Origin: Desulforamulus ruminis DSM 2154 | GTDB lineage: Bacteria > Bacillota > Desulfotomaculia > Desulfotomaculales > Desulfotomaculaceae | Assembly: GCF_000215085.1 (NCBI RefSeq) | Contig: NC_015589.1 | Span: 2,158,120 to 2,182,119, forward strand | DNA: 24,000 nucleotides | Reading direction: 5' to 3' | Shown here: positions 1-8,588 of the stretch, one piece after another | How the letters are laid out: each line of letters opens with the position of its first letter | Numbering within the stretch: the first letter of the stretch is position 1 | The notes under the pieces: generated by a model | What the model saw: the letters and a program-made list of their open reading frames with translations, nothing else | The model's database searches: none | Told to the model about the DNA's origin: nothing | Program-made: the position numbers and the translations under genes

Positions 1-1622
1 GCGCCGCCTCTGCTTAAGTCTTTTCCTTTCTCCATGCACCCATCCACCAGCATGGATAAATAAGGTCGAGGCACCATTTCCCAGTGGATCTGCTGAGCCG
101 TCACCGTTCCAATGACCGCATGTTTAATTAAATGAGCCAGTTGTCTGAAGAAGGCTTCCTCCACTTCTTCATAGGTTGTAAATTCCGCAGGCTCCTTTTC
201 CTCAAGACCCATCTCCATTCCGGTCATGCGGCTTCTTCCTTTGTTCAGCGCATATTCCACGGCTGAAGCCAGGTTAATGTTGACGGCGGAAGTCCACTCA
301 CCATTCTTTCTGAAATGCGGCACCACGCAGCCGCAATTACTCCAGTCTCTGGCATCCTCCGGGGATAATCCCACGGCCAGCAGCATCTCTGAGCCAACCC
401 GGTCATTATGGACTGCCGGAAAACCGGTTCCGGTACGGATAAGCCGGCATACAGCCAGCAAAAATTCCTCGGGACTGTCGGGATGAATGCGCACACTGAG
501 CCCCGGCTGGTGCGTTCTTACATTCTCGGTGGCTTTAAGGCACAGATAGGATAATTGGTTGGTGGCGTCCCGCCCGTCTCTTTTTCTTCCGCCCAGCGTC
601 AGGTTCTGAAAAGCGTTATAGCCTGCAAAGAACTTAGCGGTGTTGCTTGAAATAACCCATACCCATTCGGAAAGTTTAAGCCAAAGGCACTCGATGAATT
701 CCAGGGCCTTTTCATCGGTGAGGGTTCCTTTGCTTATGTCCTGCTCATAATAGGGATACATATACTGATCGAATCTTCCCAGGTTTAAAGCCAGTGAATT
801 CTCGGACAGGATGGAACCAAGCTGAGTAAACCAGACGGTCTGAATGGCTTCATGAAAAGTTTCCGGCGGATGCTGCGGCACCTTCCGGCAGATCCTGGCA
901 ATCTCCAGCAGTTCCTGTCTTCTGACCGCGTCCCCTTCGGTTTCCGCCAATTGCCGGGCCTTCTCCGCATAACGGTGGGCCAGGGTCACAATTCCTTCAC
1001 AAACCAATAGGGCCGCCCGATAAAAGTCGATCTTTTCCAAGGCTTCTGCTGTTACCGGCTGCAAATTCTCCAGCAAGGTCAAAGCTTGCTCCTTAAGGCC
1101 GGCAAAACCTTTTTTAAATATCACATCCTGATAATCGGGCGTGATTTCCCCCACGGCATTCCGCCATTTGGAATCATTGTCCACAATTCCGGTGTCAATC
1201 AGCAATTTCGCCGTGTCTTTATGAATCCTGGCCAAAAAAGCTTCTTCCAGGGATTTGCCCTTCCAGTAAGGAAAAACTCCTTTACGAAGAATAATTTTTG
1301 TCTCTTCATCAATGATATAAGGGTCCTGGATTCTGTTGGCAAAGGAATCCATTTCCTGCTCCACCCATTTCCAGGAATACTCGGGACAAACCAGGCCGGT
1401 CTTCTTAAATTCACCAATACATCCCACAATCAACTCATTGTCAAAAATGGTTACCGGCAGTGTGCTGCATACATGCTTAAAGGCTTCCGCCCGCTGCAGA
1501 ATCATGGATTGGCCTTCGGTGTTTTTATGGGATTCCGTAAAGGCCAGGGCTCTTTTAATGCTAATGCGCGGCTTGGTTTGCAGATATAGTTTTTTTAAAT
1601 CTTGCACCCGCTGGGTGGACAT
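1..1622 (-). CDS. Glycyl radical enzyme, PFL2/dehydratase-like family, N-terminal ~540 aa. The C-terminal Gly-radical domain lies off-window.
   Basis: The minus-strand frame is open from the ATG at 1622-1620 (AGGGGG Shine-Dalgarno (SD) upstream) to the window edge. It is absent from the ORF track because it has no in-window stop. My translation reads MSTQRVQDLKKLYLQTKPRISIKRALAFTESHK...FQNLTLGGRKRDG...WSNCGCVVPHF...VDGCMEKGKDLSRGG, which resembles the N-terminal and Cys-loop regions of PFL2-type GREs. Confidence 0.85.
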   Translation of the reverse strand, partial: MSTQRVQDLKKLYLQTKPRISIKRALAFTESHKNTEGQSMILQRAEAFKHVCSTLPVTIFDNELIVGCIGEFKKTGLVCPEYSWKWVEQEMDSFANRIQDPYIIDEETKIILRKGVFPYWKGKSLEEAFLARIHKDTAKLLIDTGIVDNDSKWRNAVGEITPDYQDVIFKKGFAGLKEQALTLLENLQPVTAEALEKIDFYRAALLVCEGIVTLAHRYAEKARQLAETEGDAVRRQELLEIARICRKVPQHPPETFHEAIQTVWFTQLGSILSENSLALNLGRFDQYMYPYYEQDISKGTLTDEKALEFIECLWLKLSEWVWVISSNTAKFFAGYNAFQNLTLGGRKRDGRDATNQLSYLCLKATENVRTHQPGLSVRIHPDSPEEFLLAVCRLIRTGTGFPAVHNDRVGSEMLLAVGLSPEDARDWSNCGCVVPHFRKNGEWTSAVNINLASAVEYALNKGRSRMTGMEMGLEEKEPAEFTTYEEVEEAFFRQLAHLIKHAVIGTVTAQQIHWEMVPRPYLSMLVDGCMEKGKDLSRGG

Positions 1623-1626
1623 GTCT

Positions 1627-2310
1627 TTAACCCCCTATCCGTTCTTTATCTTTTAAGTAGTCAACCAGAACAGCGCTGGCATCTTCCATATGTTTACGCA
1701 GCACCCTCTGGGCCGCCTGGACGTTCTTTTGCACACAGGCCTGCAATAATTCCCTGTGTTCCGCCTGGGATTTTGCCTGGTAATTCATGGCCGATAAATA
1801 TAAGCGCATGTATCGTTCCGCGTTGTTATGCAATGTCTGAATTAAAGCAAGCAATCTTGGCCTTTCCGCGGGCAAATAAATCGTTTCGTGAAAGCGCCAG
1901 TTCATCTCTCCCCAACGGGCGCAGCAGGTTTCCACATCTGTCTGGTCCAGGATTTGCCGGGCTCGTTCCAAGTTCTCCCCGGTCAGATTCGGAAGGGCCA
2001 GCTCCAAGGCTCCCAGTTCCAGAAACAACCGTATGTCAAAGATTTCCCGGGCCTCCGCCGCAGACAGTTCGCTGACCACCGCCCCGCGGTTGGGATAAAA
2101 TTTTACCAACCCCTCCCCTTCCAGGCTCTTTAAGGCCTCCCGCAGGGGGCTCATGCTTACGCCGAAGCGAGCCGCCAATTCCTCCTGTCTTAATGGGGTT
2201 CCTCCTTTTATCTCGCCGGATAAAATTGCATCCCGAAGAAGATTAGCGATGATCTCCGGCATGGTACGATGGGATATTTTAATTTGAATTTTTGAATGAT
2301 GATTGTTCAT
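1627..2310 (-). CDS. GntR/FadR-family transcriptional regulator (winged HTH plus FCD domain)
   Basis: 227-aa ORF with a GntR HTH signature (LRQEELAARFGVSMSPLREALKSLEGEGLV) and a C-terminal helical FCD-like domain. Its stop lies 4 nt upstream of the GRE start, which suggests an operon. No clear SD, so the start is uncertain. Confidence 0.88.
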   Translation of the reverse strand: MNNHHSKIQIKISHRTMPEIIANLLRDAILSGEIKGGTPLRQEELAARFGVSMSPLREALKSLEGEGLVKFYPNRGAVVSELSAAEAREIFDIRLFLELGALELALPNLTGENLERARQILDQTDVETCCARWGEMNWRFHETIYLPAERPRLLALIQTLHNNAERYMRLYLSAMNYQAKSQAEHRELLQACVQKNVQAAQRVLRKHMEDASAVLVDYLKDKERIGG

Positions 2311-2399
2311 ATAGCTAGTATAAAATATTTTTGTCTGATAAACATTCTATTTTCGAAAGTATACAGTTTTTTATTAGATATGAGGAGGCCCCGCCATAG

Positions 2400-2428
2400 T
2401 TGTCAATTCCGCCCTTTCATCCTATAAT
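2400..2428 (+). promoter_or_regulatory. Sigma-A-type promoter upstream of rsgA (TTGTCA-17 nt-TATAAT)
   Basis: TTGTCA at 2400-2405, a 17-nt spacer, and TATAAT at 2423-2428. Sequence match only. Confidence 0.5.
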
Positions 2429-2586
2429 GGATGTAATTTTAATTAAGGAGTGTGGTTTATGTTTGTTCAAGCGGAGTCGGTGGTAATCCATTTGTCAGCT
2501 TAAGTGTCGCAGGGTTCTCATTCATACTGACCGACAGTAGCTTATGAGATTCTTCTGCGGCCTATTTTGGTTCAGGAGGATTCTCA

Positions 2587-3645
2587 ATGAATTTAATTTC
2601 TTTAGGTTGGAACGATTTTTGGGAAGAGCATTTTAGGAACTATCAACAGCCAGGTTTTAAGGCCGGGCGAATTGCCGCTGAATACAAAGGGATTTACCGG
2701 GTATACACGGAAAAAGGGGATTTTCTGGCCGGTATTTCCGGCAAAATGCGTTATCAGGCAGCGGTCCGGGATCACTTTCCAGCGGTGGGTGACTGGGTTG
2801 TTCTCCGTGATGAGGATGAAGCAAGCCCTGTAATCCATGCAGTTCTGCCCCGGAAAAGTAAATTTTCCCGCAAGGTGGCGGGAAAAGCTACGGAAGAACA
2901 AATTATCGCCGCCAATGTGGACACGGTCTTCCTGGTAACAGCGCTAAATAAGGATTTTAATCTGCGCCGCATCGAACGCTATCTTACCCTGGCCTGGGAG
3001 AGCGGAGCGAACCCGGTCATTGTTTTAAGCAAGGCCGATCTGTGCCAGGATATCCCAAATAAGGTGCAGAATGCGGAAGCCATTGCTTTGGGCGTACCGG
3101 TTTATGTTATCAGCAGCATTACCGGCCAGGGTATTGAGTCCCTGGAATTCCATCTAGGAGAGGGTCGGACGGTTGCCCTGCTGGGCTCCTCCGGGGCCGG
3201 AAAGTCCACATTAATTAACCGCCTGATGGGGAAACCGGCCCAAAGAACCCGGGATATCCGGCAGGGGGACGACCGGGGCAAGCACACCACCACCTCCAGG
3301 GAGCTGTTCCTGCTGCCCCGGGGCGGCCTTGTGGTGGACACCCCGGGCCTGCGTGAATTACAACTCTGGGATTCTCATGAAGGGTTTCATGAGACCTTTG
3401 AGGATGTGGAATTTTACGCCGGCCAGTGCCGGTTTACCGACTGCCGGCATACCAGTGAACCCGGTTGCGCCGTCAAAAGGGCCCTGGCGGAGGGAAAGCT
3501 GGATCCCGCCCGGTTTAACCATTATCTTAAACTGCAAAAGGAACTGGCTTATCTTTCCCGCAAAGAGAATCAACAGGAACTTTTGGCGGATAAAGCACGC
3601 TGGAAAAAAATCCACAAAGAAATGAAACACTATAAACCCCGCTAA
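2587..3645 (+). CDS. rsgA: Ribosome small-subunit-dependent GTPase A
   Basis: 352 aa. P-loop GSSGAGKST, DTPG motif, and a C-terminal zinc knuckle CRFTDCRHTSEPGCAV. AGGAGG SD 7 nt upstream of the ATG. Confidence 0.95.
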   Translation: MNLISLGWNDFWEEHFRNYQQPGFKAGRIAAEYKGIYRVYTEKGDFLAGISGKMRYQAAVRDHFPAVGDWVVLRDEDEASPVIHAVLPRKSKFSRKVAGKATEEQIIAANVDTVFLVTALNKDFNLRRIERYLTLAWESGANPVIVLSKADLCQDIPNKVQNAEAIALGVPVYVISSITGQGIESLEFHLGEGRTVALLGSSGAGKSTLINRLMGKPAQRTRDIRQGDDRGKHTTTSRELFLLPRGGLVVDTPGLRELQLWDSHEGFHETFEDVEFYAGQCRFTDCRHTSEPGCAVKRALAEGKLDPARFNHYLKLQKELAYLSRKENQQELLADKARWKKIHKEMKHYKPR

Positions 3646-3650
3646 CAGGG

Positions 3651-3687
3651 GAACCCTCCGGTTTACCGGAGGGTTCTTTCGTCTTTT
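3651..3687 (+). terminator. Rho-independent terminator of rsgA
   Basis: Perfect 11-bp stem GAACCCTCCGG/CCGGAGGGTTC (3651-3661/3666-3676) with a TTTA loop, followed by TTTCGTCTTTT. Confidence 0.8.
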
Positions 3688-3704
3688 GCTATAGGGCCGC
3701 TTCT

Positions 3705-3726
3705 GATGAAAATGGTTTACAAAACC
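3705..3726 (-). terminator. Weak candidate terminator of the 3734-4798 gene
   Basis: On the minus strand, a 5-bp GGTTT/AAACC hairpin with a 3-nt loop is followed by ATTTTCATC. The stem is short and AU-rich. Confidence 0.3.
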
Positions 3727-3733
3727 TTTTTGT

Positions 3734-4798
3734 TTACTGACTGCAAATGGTTGGATTCACGGTCTTAATAAAAACATCCAGTTTGGCTGGCTCTCCCTGG
3801 GCCGTTACCTCGTAACCAAAGGCCTGGCCGACAAAGCGCAAGGGCACCATGGTTCGATTGTTTATGATCTTCGTCGGCACATCCAGGGTTATTTCCTGTT
3901 CATTAACCAAGGCCTTAGCCTGGCCAACGGGCAGTTGGATGACGACTTCATCCCTCTTTCCAAATACCGAACTGCCGGCCTCGTCCAGCCAAACTTCTGC
4001 TCCCAGGGCCTCAAAGGTTTTGCGGAACGGCACCAGGGTCCGGTTGGTTTGGGGGTCATAAAGGGGCGGTTCATCGTAAATAATCCTGCTTCCGTTCATA
4101 TACACGTTAATGGCCAACTCACCGGCGCTGGTGGCAACGGGTTTTTCCACCTTATCCGGTACCGCTTCTTCCGCAGGGCCGGCGGAATCCACTTTATAAA
4201 GGATCATATAATCTTTAATAATCTGCACCGCTTCTTTTTTCATATCCTGAGTGAGGAATGAATCGGTAAAGACCGGTTCTGTCAGATCCCAAAGATTGTT
4301 TCCGTCGTTTGTACGCATGGAACTCTGAGCCTTAGCCAAGGCCAGGATCATGGAAACCGTAAAGCTCTGGGGATTTTTTATTTTTGCTTCTTCTAGATAG
4401 GGAATGGCCTTTTGCGGTGTCAAATAATCATCCAGCAGAATCAGATATCCAAGGCAGAACAACTCGTCCCCGTTTAGATCCTTCAGATCCAGATCGGCAA
4501 CTGGTTTGTCGTACCGTTGCTCTGCGTAAAGCTCCGCATGGTTCCGGACTTCCCAGGTCTGCTGCTGATACATGGCGTTGATCACGGCAGCCTTGATGTC
4601 CAGGGATTGCTTGGGATCCTGCAGGAACCGGGTAATTTCCTCGGTTGGTACGCCCCAGGTCATGGCCTCCTCTACAATCTGCCGGTCCTTGTAGGCATTG
4701 GCAAAGGGGGTGGAAGTAACCGGTGTGTCGGCAAAGGAAACCCCTGGCCAAACATTAAAAAACATGACTAAAAAAATGATTCCCGCGAACCGTTTCAA
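3734..4798 (-). CDS. Secreted protein: unknown N-terminal domain plus a C-terminal copper amine oxidase N-terminal-like (stalk) domain
   Basis: Signal peptide MKRFAGIIFLVMFFNVWPGVSFA. The C-terminal ~110 aa (NRTLVPFRKTFEALGAEVW...NNRTMVPLRFVGQAFGYEV) show the two-repeat pattern typical of Cu_amine_oxidN1 domains. TTG start with a GGAGG SD. Confidence 0.8.
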   Translation of the reverse strand: MKRFAGIIFLVMFFNVWPGVSFADTPVTSTPFANAYKDRQIVEEAMTWGVPTEEITRFLQDPKQSLDIKAAVINAMYQQQTWEVRNHAELYAEQRYDKPVADLDLKDLNGDELFCLGYLILLDDYLTPQKAIPYLEEAKIKNPQSFTVSMILALAKAQSSMRTNDGNNLWDLTEPVFTDSFLTQDMKKEAVQIIKDYMILYKVDSAGPAEEAVPDKVEKPVATSAGELAINVYMNGSRIIYDEPPLYDPQTNRTLVPFRKTFEALGAEVWLDEAGSSVFGKRDEVVIQLPVGQAKALVNEQEITLDVPTKIINNRTMVPLRFVGQAFGYEVTAQGEPAKLDVFIKTVNPTICSQ

Positions 4799-4816
4799 AA
4801 AAATACCTCCCTAAAA

Positions 4817-4863
4817 TTTTTACACAGGATTCTCTTTCATAGAATTCTCTTTCCGTGTAAAAT
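4817..4863. repeat. Inverted repeat enclosing a 10-nt direct repeat, in the upstream/leader region of the 3734-4798 gene
   Basis: TTTTACAC(A)GG at 4817-4828 pairs with CCGTGTAAAA at 4853-4862. Inside lie ATTCTCTTTC at 4829-4838 and at 4844-4853, separated by 5 nt. Confidence 0.4.
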
Positions 4864-5102
4864 TTTCCTATTAGGGGATTTGGTATTATGCCACCCATCG
4901 GTATTTTATTTATAATATTTAACGGTTCATGTTAAAAAGGATTTTTCCTCTGACAATGGAACAATCTAAATATAAAGAAAGATGAGACCAACTATATGAA
5001 GTCAAGAGAAAAATAAGAGAAGGAAGTAAAAAAGTAGTAGCGAAAAAAGGCATGCTTAAGCAAACTGTCGGGATATCCGGCAGCAAAAAGAGAAAGGAAT
5101 GG

Positions 5103-6330
5103 TTAGGCCTGAGGGATAAAAATGGAGTTGTTTTTAAGCAGACTGAAGATCACACGAACAAGTTTTTTGCCGACATGGCTCAAAGCGACAAATTGATGCT
5201 TACCCTCGGATTTTTTCTTCGCCATATAAGACTTGAAGGTGGGGTCGCGCATGGCAATAAGTCTAGCGGCGTTTATTAAAGCCCAGCGGAGATAAGAGGA
5301 ACCGCGCTTGACCATCGGAGTGGAATTGGCGGAGAACTTACCGGACTGATAAGTAGAAGGGTCCAGACCGGCAAAAGCAAGGAGCTTAGCCGGAGTGGCA
5401 AAGCGAGTAATGTCGCCGACCTCGGCCAGGATGATGGCTCCAAGGGTATAAGATATGCCCGGTACCGTGAGAATGGGAGAATCAAGCGCCACCATAACCT
5501 CCCTGATACGGGCATCGATGGCAGAGATCTGAGTCTGGAGAAAACGGACGGTTTGAATCGTCTGGACCAGCTCGAAGCTGAGCGCAGGAGAGCAGGAACC
5601 GATAGAAACCTTGGCAAGCTCACGAATCTGGATCGCCTTCTCTCTGCCATACCTTCCTTGTGAGGCTTCTGCAAGGAGGCTCGTAAGGCGAGTCAAATGA
5701 CATTGGGCGATGGCCTGAGCGGAGGGGAACTGGCTGAGGAGGGCAAGACAAGAATTCTGATGGATGGACCAGACGGCCGTATGAAGCCGGAAAGAGGATC
5801 GTAAGCTGCCGGTTATAGGACGTTTTCAGTTTAGAGCGTATAGAAAGCAGACGAAACCGGTGCCGGGTTAGTGCTTTCAGCTCGGAGATATGATATGATG
5901 CGGGAGAATAGGGCTTGGTGTCATCGGAGAAGAGCATGGCAGCCAGGAATCTTGCATCCGACTTGTCGGTCTTGGTTTTTCTCAGAGTCTGTGCCTTACG
6001 GTATAGATTGACATGGAGGGGATTGAAGGTAGTGACTTCAAACCCCTGTCCAATGAGAAAGTTTGTGAGATTCGTGCTGAAATGGCCGGTGGATTCCAGC
6101 CCTATTTTTACGTTTAGAGATCCGGAAGCCGATTTTAAGGAAACGATGTTGCTTATCAGCGTCTCAAAACCGTTGCGGTCATTGGTAAAGGTGAAGTTTT
6201 CAAAGAGGGCGGAGCCATCGCGATTCAGGATGCAGCAGTCGTGTTTCCGGGACGCTACATCGATACCCACGTAGATCAAAGAATCATCTCCCATTGATTG
6301 ATTTTGGCGCTGTGTGTCCACGCACTTCAT
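5103..6330 (-). pseudogene. IS110-family transposase interrupted by a single frameshift near 5787
   Basis: ORF 6330-5620 gives the N-domain (IYVGIDVASRKHDCCIL...TKTDKSDA). ORF 5696-5103 gives the C-domain (PGISYTLGAIILAEVGDITRF...DPSTYQSGKF). Reading the third frame across 5700-5790 yields ELHTAVWSIHQNSCLALLSQFPSAQAIAQCHLTRLTSLL, which joins the two ORFs. Confidence 0.85.
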
Positions 6331-6545
6331 GCTGAATGTATCCTTGTCCGATATGAAGCGTCCAATGCGCTATCCAACCGATAAACAAATGAGCATGAAG
6401 CTGTGGTTGTAGCCTCTAAGGTATAACCAGTCGGCCGTACCGCTGTAGGTGATCAAACCAATCCACAGCGCAGACAACATTTTAACCCATAATCGGGAGA
6501 AAGGTAATGGAGCCCTTTCCGGACTCCATTATACAAGGTGATAAC
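6331..6545 (-). ncRNA. Structured 5' non-coding end of the IS110 element; candidate bridge RNA
   Basis: No ORF. TATAAT on the minus strand at 6533-6528. An 8-bp hairpin TAATGGAG/CTCCATTA at 6505-6512/6524-6531. Competing helices: GCTGTGG (6400-6406) or GCTGTAGG (6442-6449) against CCACAGC (6463-6469). Its position matches where IS110-subgroup elements encode their bridge RNA. Confidence 0.3.
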
Positions 6546-7160
6546 ATGACTTCGATTAAACTGACCCTCTTTTCAGATTATGCCTGACCCTTTTGCTATA
6601 TCGGCAAAGGTATTGTCGAAAAATTGTCTAAAGAATATTCCCTTACCCTCCGCTGGGCCGGTTATGAACTACGGCCTGAAAGGCCTCCGGAGGGGGAACG
6701 CCTGGACCGGCTGATCCCCGATTTTGATGCGGAAGCCGCCTGCCAGCAATTTAACAGACTGGGTGCCCAGTATGATCTTTCTTTCGGTCCCGTCACTTTT
6801 CTTCCTAATACGCGATTGGCCCTGATGCTTACGGAATATGCCAAGGATCAAGGGATTTTTAATGAATTCCATCAGGCCGTTTTTAAGGCTTATTTTGCAG
6901 AAGGGAAGAATATTGGATCGAAGGACGTACTTCTTGATATTGCTGCCCTTCTGGGAATGAACCTCACAGAAACAGAAGCAGCTCTCAGGGAGCCCAAATA
7001 TTTGCATCGTCTGGAACAGAACCGGCAGTCCGGCGTTCCTTGGCAGGTAACCGGATTACCAACCATGATTATAAACGAGCAGAAAAAAATCGTCGGCGCA
7101 CAACCCTATGATACCTTTAAAAAAGCATTGGACTCCCTTCTAGCGAATGGTAAAGGCTAA
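6546..7160 (+). CDS. DsbA/FrnE-like thiol:disulfide oxidoreductase with in-frame TGA (probable selenocysteine) in a UxxC motif
   Basis: ATG at 6546 with an AAGGTGA SD 5 nt upstream. It is in frame with track ORF 6624-7160 through one TGA at 6585-6587. The N-terminus reads MTSIKLTLFSDYA-U-PFCYIGKGIVEKL, so the TGA sits exactly where DsbA/FrnE proteins have the first Cys of CPxC. Confidence 0.75.
6589..6610 (+). promoter_or_regulatory. Candidate SECIS-like hairpin immediately 3' of the TGA
   Basis: CCUUU(U)GCU / loop AUAUC / GGCAAAGG: 8 bp with one bulged U, starting 2 nt after the UGA. The spacing is shorter than in E. coli fdhF and the loop has no obvious G, so support is weak. Confidence 0.35.
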
Positions 7161-7185
7161 ATAAAAACTCTAAATGTTTTATGGG

Positions 7186-7255
7186 CCAAAAACCATAGAA
7201 CACGGATGATACGGATTTACACGGGGTTTTTAATCTTTGTTTTATATCCGTGTTC
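7186..7255 (-). terminator. Candidate gap terminator (10-bp inverted repeat plus U tract)
   Basis: GAACACGGAT at 7198-7207 and ATCCGTGTTC at 7246-7255 form a perfect 10-bp stem with a 38-nt loop. On the minus strand it is followed by UAUGGUUUUUGG. Confidence 0.4.
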
Positions 7256-7267
7256 CATTCTTATTTT

Positions 7268-7303
7268 AGAAGGCGTTGGCTATCCAACAGCCTTCTATTT
7301 TTT
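7268..7303 (+). terminator. Rho-independent terminator, plus strand (DsbA-like gene)
   Basis: AGAAGGC(G)TTGG / CTAT / CCAA(CA)GCCTTCT followed by ATTTTTT. Confidence 0.65.
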
Positions 7304-7324
7304 ATCAAGAGTCGGGAAAAATCA

Positions 7325-8362
<1,038 letters not shown>

Positions 8363-8380
8363 CTATTATTTTATCTTTTG

Positions 8381-8431
8381 GAAAAAACAAAAACGGGCCA
8401 GAGGTAGTTAATGTAACTACCAACTGACCCG
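8381..8431 (-). terminator. Strong intrinsic terminator inside the gap leader, ~30 nt upstream of the gap ATG
   Basis: On the minus strand, CGGGUCAG-UU-GGUAGUUA / CAU / UAACUACC-U-CUGGCCCG forms an 8+8 bp stem, followed by UUUUUGUUUUUU. Confidence 0.8.
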
Positions 8432-8470
8432 CTCCAATACTCCTGGGCATTTATTCTGTTCTTCTAGAAC

Positions 8471-8499
8471 ATTATACCATGCTTTCCTTATCATAATAA
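8471..8499 (-). promoter_or_regulatory. Candidate extended -10 promoter for gap
   Basis: On the minus strand, TGgTATAAT with TATAAT at 8476-8471, and a weak -35 TTATTA at 8499-8494 with a 17-nt spacer. This puts the terminator inside a ~113-nt leader. Confidence 0.45.
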
Positions 8500-8588
8500 A
8501 ACTATTTTGCAAAAAACCCCGATAAATGGTACAGACCTTTGTTAGGCTTACTGAGGAAGTACTTCCTGCTTTATAGAAAATATGAAAC

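Larger units (their letters stand above)
5000..6545 (-). mobile_element. IS110-family insertion sequence. The ends are approximate and not determinable from one copy.
   Basis: Contains a DEDD-type N-domain plus a Transposase_20 C-domain gene, with ~215 nt of non-coding 5' sequence and ~100 nt of 3' sequence. IS110 elements lack classical terminal inverted repeats (IRs), so the boundaries are a guess. Confidence 0.55.

Noticed and set aside
1086-2133. Plus-strand track ORFs 1086-1589, 1336-1656, 1602-2075 and 1888-2133
   Set aside because: They lie antisense to the GRE and GntR genes, whose translations carry clear family motifs. Their own products are low-complexity, have no recognisable motifs and lack an SD.
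4889-4936. 15-codon hydrophobic ORF (MPPIGILFIIFNGSC) with an AGGGGA upstream, considered as a possible type I toxin
   Set aside because: It is too short and has no antisense RNA signals. It also overlaps the likely promoter region of the 3734-4798 gene on the other strand.
5780-5795. Programmed ribosomal frameshift joining the two IS110 transposase ORFs
   Set aside because: IS110-family recombinases are normally single ORFs. The junction (TTTCCGGCTTCAT) has no slippery heptamer or downstream pseudoknot that I can see. A simple indel or sequencing error is more likely.
8366-8373. TAAAAT hexamer as a gap promoter downstream of the leader terminator
   Set aside because: It has no acceptable -35 element, and the predicted start site would fall inside the GGAGG Shine-Dalgarno sequence.
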